Assembly: GCA_013265495.1 (NCBI GenBank)
Contig: MU058584.1
Location: forward strand, 3,290,508 to 3,354,507
Reading direction: 5' to 3'
DNA length: 64,000 bases
Source of the DNA: Vicugna vicugna
Lineage: Eukaryota
Position numbers and translations under genes: made by a program. Positions 51,701-64,000 of the stretch are shown piece after piece; the stretch's first letter is position 1, and each line of letters opens with the position of its first letter. The notes below the pieces were generated by a model that saw only the letters and a list, made by a program, of their open reading frames with translations, had not been told where the DNA came from and made no database searches.

Positions 51701-54700
51701 ATGGAGCCAACTAAGGCTGAAGGGTGCAGGGGAGGGACAGACAGGGCTTCTGCTGCAGTGACAGCAGTGCCACAGCAGCACACGTTTTGGCATGCCAGAG
51801 GGTGATACGTTTCTTCCTTCAATCCTCAAAATCACCCCTCTGCACAGTGGATATGATTAGACCCATTTAATATATATGAACAAGTTCAGGGAGCTGAAGC
51901 AACGTGTCTAAGGTGACGAGTCAGAGGTGGCAAAGCTGGTAGGCTGCTTGGACACTCAAGACGCCCCTCCTCATCAGGCAGGGGGAGCCCTCAGGGCCCC
52001 AGGGGAGCAAGCTGGCACGCCTGGGGGCTCAGGGGGCCAGGACGCAGGTGGTTGCCTTTCCCTTCCCTTCCTCCCCTTTGACCGTGGGAAACTCAACGCC
52101 TGGGCTGCTCCTGCTGCCTGAGTCCCCTCTGGTGGCAGGCTGGGTTCAGGAGGACTTGGGCGAGGAAGGCGTACACAAGGATCACAGGTGAGACCAGGAG
52201 GCTAGGGAGGAATCTGGACAGGGAAAAAGAAGCGGGAGGCGCAGGTAGAGACAGCGGTCGAGGTGGCCAGTGGGCGGGAACTGGGGCAGGCAGGCAGGAG
52301 AGCTCATGGAGACGGAGAGGGCAGAACACACGTGGAGGCAGGCCTGGTATTGGCCTGAGGTTCAAGTACATCTCGGGGCATGGATTCACCCCACACCTTC
52401 CCAGTTCCATGGCATGAGCTTTCAGAAGCCACCAGCGGCGGGGAGGTTAGGGGCTACACCACTGTTTTCAATAAGAACAGTACAGCCGGCACCACCAGAC
52501 GCAGACCGCCAGGCGCTGTCCTGGCAGAGGGTGCTCACTCCCTGCCTCTGCCCTAGGCCTCCCGAGTCCCCAGGGGTGCCCAGGCTTCCTCAGTCATCCC
52601 TCTCTTCACCCCTTCCAAGAAGGGGGCCAGGGAAACGGGCAGGGAACTGCCCAAGTGATAGATGCAGTAAGTAAGGCACAGCCCCTCCCTGGAGAGGGTC
52701 TTCGGGCCTCGTGCAGGCGAAAGAACCAGAAACTGTGGTTGGGGGAGCCACTCCACCAGCAGAGAGAAGTGAGGTGCTGACTCCTGAGGACCAGCGGCGG
52801 TTAGAACCAGCACAGAGATAATCAGATGCTAAATGCAGCAAGCTGCAGACAGAAACGTAATTCCCCTGCTGGCAACGGTAACACCTAAAAATACTGAGCT
52901 GCGGTTCTCGCAGGAATGCTTAACGGCCCACATTCAATCTAGAATGGCTTCTGGATTATGGGTTAGAGTAAATAAAGAAGATCATCAAAGCAACATAACC
53001 ATAGGTTTTTCGCTTAAAATGACATCTGGTACCAACATATTGTCTGTCTCTGAGAAACTCAAATTGCCGGTCATCCCGGGAGCCTCTCTGCTGTTCTCAG
53101 CAAGTTTTCATCCTGACCTGTTTTGACTGGTGGGAAGAACGCACGTTTGGACCTCCAGCCTCTCTCTGGGTCTTTTGAGTCCCTCTCGCTACCCAGGAGC
53201 CACTGCTGGGAGGGGCGGTAGCCAGTCAGCACGTGGGGTGGGGGGCAGCTCTGCTGGGGGCGTGAGCTGGGTCTGCACTCATATGCGGGCTGGAGGCTCA
53301 TCCTGCTGGCCGGCCCCAACAGCCACACACACAGACCCCCGCACATCCATCTCTCCCCCAAGAGAAACAACGTCAAGTGCACAACTTCCTGATGGCTGAT
53401 CAGTGGTCGAATTTTCTTTAGAAGGAAGGAAAACTCTCTCCACGATGGATCTAATTCCTGGTTCTACAACGTACCAGCCATGCGACCTAAGGCAGGTTAC
53501 TTAGCTGCTTTATGCCTCAGTTTCCTCATCCAGGATGAGGACTCAGGAGAATGTCTCCGACTGTCCTGAAGCCATCAGAGAGGCCTGCTTCAGTGCTCTC
53601 ATATTCTCACTCAGCTGGCCTCCCTGCCCCGAACACCCATGGCGGCAGATCTGCCTGCACCTCACCGCGCACTGACCTTTGCCTTGGGAAGTCGGCCTAG
53701 TCGCCAGGGAAACCAGGCTGAAGTCCTAGGATCAAGAGATGATGAAGAGCTGTCTTCTAAAGGAAAAGAGCCAGGATTGATCACTGGCCCTGACCATGGG
53801 TATCATGAAATCCTGACTTCACATCCTCCCTCTGCACAGCTGGGCATCTTTGAAGAGTCAGGCAGTAAGAGACTGTAACTGCTCTTCTACTTCTGCTGTT
53901 TGGGACATTACCCATTATCTTTTCTTCCTGGGGCTGAGACCAAGGCAGGTGGTGAGCAGTTGCTGGCTTTTCCTCCCATGAACTGCTGCCCAAAGCCCAG
54001 CTAACAGTTAACTTCCCTGCTCTTTTCTTGCTTGCCAGTCACGGACGCCACTGAGCATATGTCATGTGCATGCTAGCTGGTGGCGACGTGAGCATCGGGC
54101 ACTTCAGATGCCACAAAGCTTGGAGATGAGCCACACAGAGAAAGCTGAGGAGTCCTCAGTTTGGGAGGGTAGAGCTTGGGGTCCCCAACTATGAGAGACT
54201 CAGCTTCTGCTATGTCATTGGGCAGAGCGCTGGGAAGCTGAGCACATCTGTACCCGTGAGGAGCGAGACAGACAGTATGATGAGATGGGCGACCTTGGAC
54301 AAGCACAAGTTCAGAGCCTCACCTTCTCTGCATGTAATACTGAGAATTAAGAAGTTACGAGCATGAGCATGGGCTGGCACTATACGATCAGGCTTTGGGA
54401 GGTCCTGTGCCCTATAAATGTCACCAGGAATGACCAAGAAACCTGAAAGTTCCCTGCTGAGCACACATGAAGAAGCACACCACAGTTATGAGAAACCAAG
54501 TGACCAGGATGAACTGTCTGCTGACTCTGATGACCAGACTTGGAGGGTAGAAAGCGTCGAGCCTCTGTGTGAAGACAACAGATGGGGTCATTGCAGGTAG
54601 GGGTCTTCTAACTATCCCATCAGTGCTGGCCTGGACCAGACTCATCTTTCATATGTCCCTTGGATCAAGCAACTATGGGATTCAGGTAGCTAAGATCTGT

Positions 54701-56289
54701 CTAAGGAATGTACTTTTTAACGCATCTGCTCTTTTCTGCATCCACGAGATCCCAAATGTATGGAGTTAGTTAAAAATAGGTACTCTCTCCAGGACTCATG
54801 GGCAGGAATCAGAAGGATAGGGTTATACTGGGTTTCACGTTTATTCTCGGCACTCCAATAAATGGGCCTCTGCTTTTAGAGCTTGGTTGTCAAGTCAAGA
54901 CACTTGACATGAATAATCTCACCAATGTAGAGAGAGAGAAAGCTAGACATCTCAGACAAGTCCAGGGTGACTCAAAACAGAGGCTGGAACAGCTGTCACC
55001 CAGCAGGGGCATGCTGACTGGTGCATGTATGGTGTCCCTGCTGTACCTACAGTCTGTTCTGGACGTGTAGCCAGTTTCTTGCTTTAGTTACAAGTAACTG
55101 GGAATTCTCACTTCTTTTTGGCCACCGGAAGTGGGAGAAATGCCAAACCTACAAGGTCCAAGAATACGTCTTTATAACAGAAAACTGTCAAGTGGTTACT
55201 AGACTGGGATGTCTTCTGCTCAGGGCTTTTGTGGGGATCCAGCGAACGTGGATCATTAGGAAAGTTCGAAGCACAGTTCCTAATACACAATAAGTACTTG
55301 GCAAATGTTCAATATGATCTAATTTCTTGTAATATTTAAAATATAACCAGCCAGAGAGTAGGCCTGCAGGCTTCCCAGAGGCTAGTTCATTACCTATGGC
55401 TTTCCACTCTATTGCTCTCTGGCTAACTTTCCATCCGGGTCATAGTGATTTTGCCTAAGAGAATATAAATTGAGTTCAGTAAGTTGCATGATCCAGGTTC
55501 TCAAAGACTTGATTAACATCAGGAGACATTACTCAGCGCCAGTGCCATGGCCTTCCCTGGCTATAATTCTGCAATCTCATCTCCAGAAGCAGCCAGGCCT
55601 CCCTGGCATTGCTGCTTCTGCCCAAATTCGTGGGGGGTATCTCTCCACTGGCTCTGTCTGCAGTTCTCCCCCAGCTTAGTCATGCCCATCTTCAGAAGGG
55701 ATTTACTAGGGATTAGCTTTCTTATTCATTTATCACATTTCTATTATAACCATCCTCACAACCCCAGTCCCTGGATAGACATAAAACAGACAGAAAGGTC
55801 GAGGGAAAATATAAAGCCAGGCCCAAAGCAGGGTTCTATGTCTTCTCTTCTGATCTTCACCTCACTTCACCCAACTTACAAAAAAGCACTAATCAGGTTT
55901 CTCAGGTCAACAGTCTGAGTTATCTTAGAAATCTCTGGAGCCTGAAAGGGTACTTTCCCTTAGAATCCTCCTCCAAATGCTGTCAGACCAAGCCCCAGGC
56001 CCTCAGCCCTCACAGCACTGCCTCAGATATCTGAGGAAAGGCCTGGAGGGAGACGTTAATTCATGGATTTCAGTGACAAAGAGCAGAGTACACACTAACG
56101 TCCCACATCGGCCACTCCTTTCTGCAGATGCCTCACTATTCAAGGAGCGGCTAGAATACACTGGGGGCTCTGTCATTCCAAGAGGCAGGTGTTGCCTGAG
56201 CTCCTGCCCCCAAACCAAGAAGGCTGGGGATGCTACAAGGCCCTGGACCACCTGTGATTCCATGAGTACTTCCTACAGCCAGACCCCCA

Positions 56290-56470
56290 CTAAGTGCTCT
56301 GTACAGTCACCTCATTTCATCCTTGCAACAATCTTATGAAGTACATACTAGGTTACCCCCATTTTACAGATGTGGAAACTGAGGCCCAGAGAGGTTATGT
56401 AATTCAGCCAAAGTCGTGTCGCTAATAGATGCCATGATGGGACATGAACCCATGAGACTCTAAAGTCTGT
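56290..56470 (-). mobile_element. MIR SINE
   Basis: 'cccattttacagatgtggaaactgaggcccagagaggttatgtaa' is the antisense MIR core. Similar MIR cores occur near 43950, 45000, 48830, 57840 and 60830. Confidence 0.85.
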
Positions 56471-59400
56471 ATTCTTGGGAAATCCACTTCATGTGTATTG
56501 TTAGAGATGAGAGATTAAAAGCCAATCTGGTTTCTAATTAAAAAATAAAATGATAGAAACATACTCTAGCGAATCAGGCTGGGCTGTGCCCCATCTGATG
56601 ATCATTCAGCCTGAAGATGGTCAATGGCCCCCAGACCCTGCATGTCCCATCCTGGCCCAGGTGGGGAGGTGGTGTGGGTGGGTGGGCAGCAGATAAGCAA
56701 GCTGGTGCTTATGACAGCCCCCTGGACTGGTTTGCTGTCCTCAGCCAGGACTCCTGGTCTGAAGGCCCTGGATTCAGAGCCCTCTCCTACCAGGGTCCTG
56801 CCCCCTACAGGCTTCCTGGGAGACAACGTGGTTTAGGGAAAAGAGATGCTTTGCAGGGGGAGAAAACTGGATCTGAAACCCCATCTCTCTCATTTGTTGC
56901 TGGATGTTCAGATGACTTCACTGAGCCAGCTTCGGTTTCCTTGTCTGGGAAGCAGAGCTAATCGCTCCATCACAGTTACGAAGATTAAATTAACTGTGCG
57001 ATGAGCGAACACAAGGAAAGCCTTTTAAACATTAGCAATTAAGTGTATAACTAAATTTATTTTCACCAGGGTGTGAATAACCATTAGGGTTCTTGCGGCT
57101 TAAAGAATACTTGCATTTTAAAAGGGGAATTTGATAAAACAAATGATGCTCAACATGAGTGGGTTGCTCATGTGGCATCAGAAATTCAGGATTCCCACTG
57201 ACTTTCTCTGTCACACCTGGAGGACTGGAGTCCCTCATCCCCGATTCAGATGTGCCATTCTAGCTGGCCTTCCGCGCACTCTCACTTGAGTGGATTTCCT
57301 TGAACAGCCCTGCACAGAAACGAGTTGGTGTTTCCTGGTACAGAGGAGTTGCTGAATGGTGGGGGTGGGGAGGGGTAAGGAGATGGGACCTGCATTCCGA
57401 TGGGAGCAGCTGTGAGATCTCAGCTCACAGCTGAGATGGGATGGGGAAGCTGGGGGAAGATGCCACCTCTGGCAGAAGCAGCATCAGGATCCAAACGCGT
57501 AAACCAAAGAAGGTCAAACACAGGCCTAAAAGAGGCAGCCCATCAGAACCAGTAACACCTCCTACCGTGCTGGGATCCACCAGCCTGCGGGTACCTGTTG
57601 GCCTGCAAATTCCTTATATAACAAGATACAGGACAGTAAGTAAATCAGATAGACACTGTTTAGCCCCTTAATATTCAGCGAAAGGTCTCCTCTGTCCACA
57701 CTCTATGTTGGGCACCTTTGGGAGACATGTTGTATGATGATGAAAAGACATATCTATTGCACATTAGAATTTCTGAGGTGTTCACACACGCATTATCTAA
57801 CTGAATTCTTGAGACAAACTCTGCAGAGCATAGGATAATGCCCATTTTGAGGTTGGAAAACTGAGGCTCAGGAAGGGTGCCCTGGGTCACAGTAAATGGC
57901 AAAGCTCAGGCTAAAAGCCATTTGTTCGTTCATTCATTCATTCATTCACAGAGTGGCTGGGAGTTTTCGTAACTGATTTCTGTGTACATCTGTCATCTTT
58001 TAGAAAAGACTGGCTGTTGAGGCCAGAGGATCCAGCGTCCTGTGAGAGGGAGGGAGGTCTGCTTGGTTGATGTGCTCTTCCGGCAAAGGTAGCTGTTCTC
58101 CTGGACACAGAAGGTAGAAAAGTGAACTTTTACCCTCTTCTAACTGTGCCTCTCCCTTCTGCTCAGCTCCTACTGGTCCGGAGACCGATTACACTGGGGA
58201 GACCAAGGCAGCCCAGTGTTCACCAATCACACCGGCAGTGAGCAGCCACTTAGCACTCTCGTTTCAGCTCCACAGTATCTCCATGAAGAGGTGTTAAAAT
58301 CCTACTTTACAAACGAGAAAAGCAGGAAGTGGAAGCAGAGGGCAGCCCCATCCTCCCACTGCCCTGCAGGTCACCCGGAGCCCTCACCTGCTATGCGTCT
58401 GCCCACCACCTTGCATTTCTTTCCCTTCCATCTGGGCTCTAGTTCACCCAGACTCTGACGTTTTTCTCCCTGGGGCTACTGCCATAATTCCATTTGACAT
58501 TTGTTTGAAAATACGTACATATGTAGCAAGCACTAGCAGTGCCCCAGGCTCTGTGCTGGACACTGGGGAGAGAACAAACAGCATGAGTCAGTGCCTGCCA
58601 CTCTGCGGCAGGAGAACAGGCAACCCGGACGTGAGGACGGGCGCTGTAGCAGGGACACGTCCAGGGGCAGGGTAAGCGTGTGGCAGATGCACCCGGTCCA
58701 GCGGGGGGAGGTGGTGCTCACGGGTCAAGGGAGGCTGGGGACCTCTGTGATGAGTCCCAGCCAACTATCTTCCTAAAAACCCTCTTCGAGGGTCCTTTTG
58801 AAAATGAAAACCCAAACAAACCAGTTCTCTTCACAAAACCCTTCCGTGGCTTCCTATCACCTACCGAATGAAGGACAGGCTCCTTAGTGAGATTCCCAAA
58901 GTTCTCCATGTTCTGACCTCATCTCCCACTAGGTCTTGATGTATCTACGTGTCTGTCTTCTCCAGAATGGAAGCATCTTGAAGGCAGGGACTATGTCCCG
59001 TTGGTTCTCTGTGCTCAGAGCCCAGAACAGGGCTACTATATATTTAGGTATGTGATCAATTTATTAACAGAATGAATATATTCCTAAGGTCTGAGTGACT
59101 GTCCCCAAAGAGGAGATCAATTCTGCTTTCCCTTGAATCTCCTGGTAGGAATGGTCCACGCTCCCTGCAATTTCGGTTATTGTGGGGAGGAGAGAAGTTT
59201 AATAAGGATGGGACACCTGACTCCTCTGGGATGTAGCTTCACATCCCTATTTTCTGATCCCAGCCCCATGGAGAGTTCTTCCCAAGTCTTGACCCTGGAT
59301 CAGTTGACACGTTCCCTGAGCCAGAATCCATGGAAACTCCTTTGTGTGACTGGTCCCTTCCCCTAGCCCTCTGCATTCCATCCTTAGGAGCCTGGCCCCC

Positions 59401-60084
59401 GGCACAGGGCTCTGCACACACCAAGCATTTAGAAAGTTCTGTGTGAACATCAAACAGCCTACACTTCCCACCAGGATGGGGTTTATAATAGAGACAAATT
59501 CTCCTGCACTAATTTTCAAGGAGAAAAGAAGAAATGCACATCAAGCAAGAAAATTGGGTGTCTGGGAAGGTTTCCAGCCAGGAGATTTCCAGCAGGACTT
59601 GAAAACAACTGTAGTCCATCCTGCATTGTAACAGAGTCAGGGTGGAGCGGTGCCCTTTACTCCTCTCCCCTCAGTCCTCTGCAAGTCATCTTGGAGGACA
59701 CAGAGGGGGACATGGGGCCTGCCCAGGAGAGCATCACAGTGTGGATTCTTTATTTTAAAAGAGACAAGAGTGTAGCTTGGCTTCTTTGTATTTTTCTCCC
59801 CCTAAAACTCAGAAACCATGGCTGTGCCAGCCAATATCTTAGCAGAGTTAGGCTGCCTGACCACGTCAACCTCAAGGGCTCCAGACTCCCAGGGAGATAG
59901 TCTGGTCTGGTACAAATTCCCCTCAGTCTTCCCTAATTGTTAGCATAGAGATGGAGATTCTCAAATGTTTGCAGGGTGAGGGTAGAATAAGGAATGAGAG
60001 GTTAGGAGGGGCATGTGGTACCACCGTGCTCTCAAGATTTAACAAGAAAGCAGCTTTTGGTAACTTAACATGAAATAGCACGGT

Positions 60085-60530
60085 TTGTTCATTCACTCAA
60101 CAGATGTCTTCTGAGTGCCAGAGATTTCTGAGCTCCGAGGTCAGAGCAGAACAAAACAAAGTTCCTGACCTTGGGGAGCTTACATGGTGGTGAAAACAGA
60201 CAATAAAAACAAACAAACAGGATGAAGGTAATGAGGGATGGGGCTGCATTTTAAGACAGCGGTGCAGGGAAGACCTCTCTGGGCATGTGGTCCCACTGAC
60301 ATTTTAAGCAAACTCCAGAATGAATTGAGGGAGTGAGCTGCTTGGATATGTGAAGGCAGAGGGTACCAGGCACAGGGGCCAGAAGGGCAGAGGCCCTGGG
60401 GTGGGGAAACATTTCGTGTATCTGAGGACATTGTGGGGAAGATGCATAGAGGTGAGGTCACGGAAGTTGTGGACCCAGAGTGATGCAGATCCCTTGGGCC
60501 CTGGAAGCCATGTTGAATAGACTCTGGGTA
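60085..60530 (-). mobile_element. L2 LINE 3' fragment
   Basis: 'ttcattcactcaacagatgtcttctgagtgcc...gggagcttaca...cagggaagacctctct...aggccctggggtggg'. Confidence 0.7.
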
Positions 60531-61720
60531 TCTGTTGTCCATCTTCTATGTGCCAGGCCTGTCCCAGGACCCGGGGATGCAATGACGAACAGCCATGGCT
60601 CTTGCTTCCCTTTCACACGGCTTATGGTTGGGAGACAGGTGACAGACAGAGAGAGGTGAGTCCAGGACCCGTGGTCGGTACTGAGAGGGCACTTGGAGGG
60701 GCTGAGGGCTCAGGAAAGGATTTCCAGAGAAGATGACACCAAAGGTGGCAGGAAGAGTTGTGAAATAAGCTGGAAGTCAGCTGTGCTCTGCACCCAGTTT
60801 TGCCCATCTGTTATCTCGGTCAAGTCCCTTGGTCTCTCTGAGCCTCTACTTTCTTGTGCATAAAATAGGAATAATAATACCCGTTCTCTAAAGAAAAATA
60901 AGGTCATGGGTATGAAAAAATGCTTTGAAAACTGCAAAGCCCTAGACAGATGCAACACACGAATATTATCTCCGTGTACTATCCTCTCTTCCTAAACATT
61001 TTGTGACTGTGTGTGTGAGCCCACAGGCTCCTAGCCTCTCCCCCTCCTCTTGGAGCCCAACCAGAGCTGGTGGCTCAGTCTGGGAAGATCTAAGCCAGGC
61101 TTCCTAGCCAGGGGTCTGGTTGCATCCTGTGGACTCATCTGTACTGTGGCCATCAGCGGGGCTACCGGAGCCACCCTTGTGGCATCTGCTCCAGTGGTTA
61201 CTGGAATTACTTACACATGTGTACAAACTTCTGTTTGCTTCTAGGCTCTTTGTCCTTTCCAACCAGAACCAAAGATGGGACCCTGACCCTGCTCCCCAGG
61301 CCCCAGATGAGAGATGGCCGCCCTGCATTACCATTTTTCCGTGTCTGGGAGGGAGATGTTGCCGCCACACACGCCAGGCTTGGCTCTGTCCAGAGATGCA
61401 TTTTTCTGGGGCAAAAGGCACCCAGCCAGGGAAAGAGAAGAACCTGCTCTCTCAATCAAGAAGGTACATCCAGGGAGTAAATTTCCATCTGTGGACTGGC
61501 AAGGTCACAGTTTAATACCAAACAACCCCCGATGAATCTTAGAATAAAGGGTAATCCACAAATCTCATCCCGCAGTTAAGTAGCTCTTTTTCCCTAGGTC
61601 TCTTCAGGAAGAAGTTTCCTGTCAATAACCCCAGACTTTATATATTTCTTCTTCCAATGAATTTTCTTCAACCAGACTTGTCCTGTGGAAAACGCACCCT
61701 CCTTAGCTGAAATGGCCACT

Positions 61721-61906
61721 TTTTAAAAAAAATTCTTTTACATTTTATTTTCAATGTTATATATGTTTGTTAATTTTTGTTTTTTTCTTTTTTTTTTAGG
61801 TTTATTCATGTATTTATTTTTAGAGGATTTTAGAGGTCCTGGGGATTGAACCCAGGACCTTGTGCATACTAAGCATGCTCTCTACCACTGAGCTGTGCCC
61901 TCCCCA
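61721..61906 (-). mobile_element. tRNA-derived SINE, camelid vic-1-like, with target-site duplication
   Basis: 'ctggggattgaacccaggaccttgtgcatactaagcatgctctctaccactgagct' plus a long T-rich tail. Flanked by ctgaaatggccact (61707-61720) and ctgaaatgcccact (61907-61920). Confidence 0.88.
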
Positions 61907-62496
61907 CTGAAATGCCCACTCTTGATTCATGGGGGCACACTGCTTGGGTTCAAGTACTGGTTCTGTGACCCTGAGCACCCCTCGGGCCTCGATGACCATC
62001 TGTAAAATGGGAGGATGAGAACAGCTAATCCCACGTTCTCAGGACCCTTCATTTCTAACGGCACCAACCTGCCGTCTTGTCCTGGCTGAGGGGTCACCAT
62101 GTCCCTTGACTTTTATCTTGACTTCTCTCTTTCTGTGGTCTCTCTCTGCTTCTCTTCCCAGTTTGGGGAACGAACAAGCCCTTGGGGAGGATTCCTGCCT
62201 AATTTTGCACTTTGTGGAACATGAAGTTTGCTACTGGGGCTCAGTAAACACAACAGTGGAGTAACAGACCCCCAAATAGCACGTTTTTCTTTGTTCCTTT
62301 AGATGATCAGCCATCACCACATTGGCACTCGCGATATCGCGTTTCCTCATCAGCACCAGCTGCTGCCTCTCTGATAGGTCAATAAAGTAAGTATCCATTT
62401 ATTCCCAGACAGGAAGCGTAGTTTATTCCAGTCTTAACAGCACTGATTTTTCTATGGATATATGCTTTCACTAGCATAGATTTCTGTTGAGAAGGC

Positions 62497-62762
62497 GGTT
62501 GGCTGTTTTATCCATGGTGGGAATGGCTGAACTGTGGGTATACAGGTATGCTGACGGCACTGGGGGGTCTGACTGGGCTGGACAAGAGTGGGCTTTAAGT
62601 ACCTAAGGAGTCATCATGGATTCTGAACGATGGTTGGCTGTTTTATCCATGGCGGGAATGGCTGAACTGTGGGTATAGGTATGCTGACGGCACTGGGGGG
62701 TCTGACTGGGCTGGACAAGAGTGGGCTTTAAGTACCTAAGGAGTCATCATGGATTCTGAACG
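62497..62762. repeat. Tandem duplication, two copies of about 133 bp
   Basis: Copy 1 (62497-62629) and copy 2 (62632-62762) differ by one substitution and one 2-nt indel and are separated by 'at'. Confidence 0.95.
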
Positions 62763-63519
62763 TTCCTGGATGAACTGGGGCCTAGGGGCTGGACACAGGA
62801 AGAGCTTCTGGACATCTGGGAAGGGCACAGGGGTTGAGCCCAGTGGGGTCGAAGAGGCAGAGTGGGGAGCGCAGCTGGGATGGAAAGCTAAGCAGGCAGT
62901 CCCATGAGAGCAGGAGTGCCCATTCCAGACATCATCTGGGCTGGGGTGGGCCAGCCTGACACGAGGCAGCTGGGGAGGGCGGTGGGGACCCAGGGACAGC
63001 AGGCCAGGTTTTGATTAGAGGGAAGGAGGCAGTGCTGAAGTGGTCCTTTGAGGCAAACCTCCTGGACTTGACAGGGGACATGCAGCTCCTCTGTGGGGGT
63101 GAGGGTGGAAGAGAAGGTAGGAGCGGGGAGCATGCACCTGTGGGATCAATGGTCGAGTCACAAGGAAGCGGACTCTGCCTTCATTGAGAACTTGCCGACA
63201 GCAGGAGGGGCCTGGCTGGAGTGGGCTGTCTCCTGAGGTGAGGACTTCTGTGCAGACGATGGGGAACCAGGGCTCAGGAGCTCGGTAGAGCAGCTTCCAG
63301 GGAGGAGCAGGTGGTGACATTCCATGATCCCTAAGGCCCTTTAAGCTCTAACAGTCTGGCATCCTATGCGATTTTTAAAAAGTACAGAGCAAATAGCCAT
63401 CTAATGTGCAATTTCAGTAAATCATATAGCAAATGAAAGAGCCACAAATTTCATATTCTTATGGGTTTGTGCCTTCACAAGGTAAAACGTGTAACTTTAT
63501 TGTTAGAAAGAGCCTTCCT

Positions 63520-63650
63520 GGATATGTTTATTACCTTGATGGTTTCATGGGTATGTGCACAGGTCCAAACTTAACAAATTAAATATTAACTATGTACAGT
63601 TTTTTTTGTATATCGATTACACCCCAATAAAGCTGTTAATTAAAAAAATT
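63520..63650 (+). mobile_element. Old L1 3' terminus
   Basis: 'gatatgtttattaccttgatggtttcatgggtat...tatgtacagtttt...gattacaccccaataaagctgtt' plus an A tract. Confidence 0.75.
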
Positions 63651-63679
63651 GTGAATTAAAAAAAATGTGGCCATCTAAT

Positions 63680-63890
63680 CCACGGTTGGCTACGGCCTGC
63701 TGCCTGTTTTTACAAATAAAGTTTTATTGGAACAATGCCGTGCCCATTCACGTACATACTGTCTTTGGCTCTTTTCGTGCTACAAGGGCAGGGCTGAGTA
63801 GTTGTAAGAGATAGTAGTGATCATATGGCCCATAAAACCTAAAATGTTTATTATCTGGCCCTTTAGAGAATAAGTGTGCCAGCCTTCAGT
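63680..63890. mobile_element. MER58A hAT-Charlie MITE
   Basis: 'cctgtttttacaaataaagttttattggaaca...gctgagtagttg...atatggccc...aaaatgtttattatctggccctttagagaa'. Confidence 0.85.
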
Positions 63891-63894
63891 CTAA

Positions 63895-64000
63895 CCCAAT
63901 CCCCCATTTTACAGGTGCAAACAGAGGCTGACAGAGGTAAATGACTCCCTTTAGGCTGAGCTAGTTGGTGACCGAGGTGGGACTAGAACCCTGGCACCTG
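63895..64000 (-). mobile_element. MIR SINE fragment
   Basis: 'cccattttacaggtgcaaacagaggctgacagaggtaaatgact...gggactagaaccc'. Confidence 0.75.

Larger units (their letters stand above)
32199..64000 (-). other. FAM78B: FAM78B intron upstream of the second coding exon (partial; exon 1 lies beyond the window)
   Basis: Polypyrimidine tract and AG at the 3' end. No FAM78 N-terminal peptide or CpG-island promoter is seen in the remaining 32 kb, which is repeat-rich. Confidence 0.75.

Noticed and set aside
1..64000. Novel prokaryote-type system (operon, CRISPR array, defence island)
   Set aside because: The sequence is eutherian intronic and intergenic DNA. There are no regularly spaced repeat-spacer arrays and no dense gene clusters.

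Overview
This is mammalian (eutherian) genomic DNA, not prokaryotic. It is probably camelid, because it carries two young tRNA-derived vic-1-like SINEs and I saw no Alu, B1, Bov-tA or CanSINE copies. The only clear protein-coding segment is the large second coding exon of FAM78B on the minus strand (32198->31676, phase-2 acceptor, TAG stop). Everything from 32199 to 64000 is apparently FAM78B intron, and exon 1 is not in the window. The rest is mostly old interspersed repeats (MIR, L2, CR1/L3, L1, MLT1, MER2B, MER5, MER58A, MER115-like). Most entries in the ORF track are chance ORFs. The most notable observations are five. (1) A candidate alternative terminal exon 12.5 kb downstream would swap the FAM78B C-terminus in frame, giving a protein of about 299 aa. 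(2) A canonical REST/NRSF RE1 site lies about 650 bp past the FAM78B stop codon, with a second, partial RE1 in the intron. (3) A full-length 5S rRNA retrocopy is inserted inside an L1. (4) There is a recent ~133-bp tandem duplication. (5) There are several enhancer-like motif clusters. I see no evidence of a new multi-gene system. Repeat family names come from recalled consensus sequences, and many repeat boundaries are approximate.
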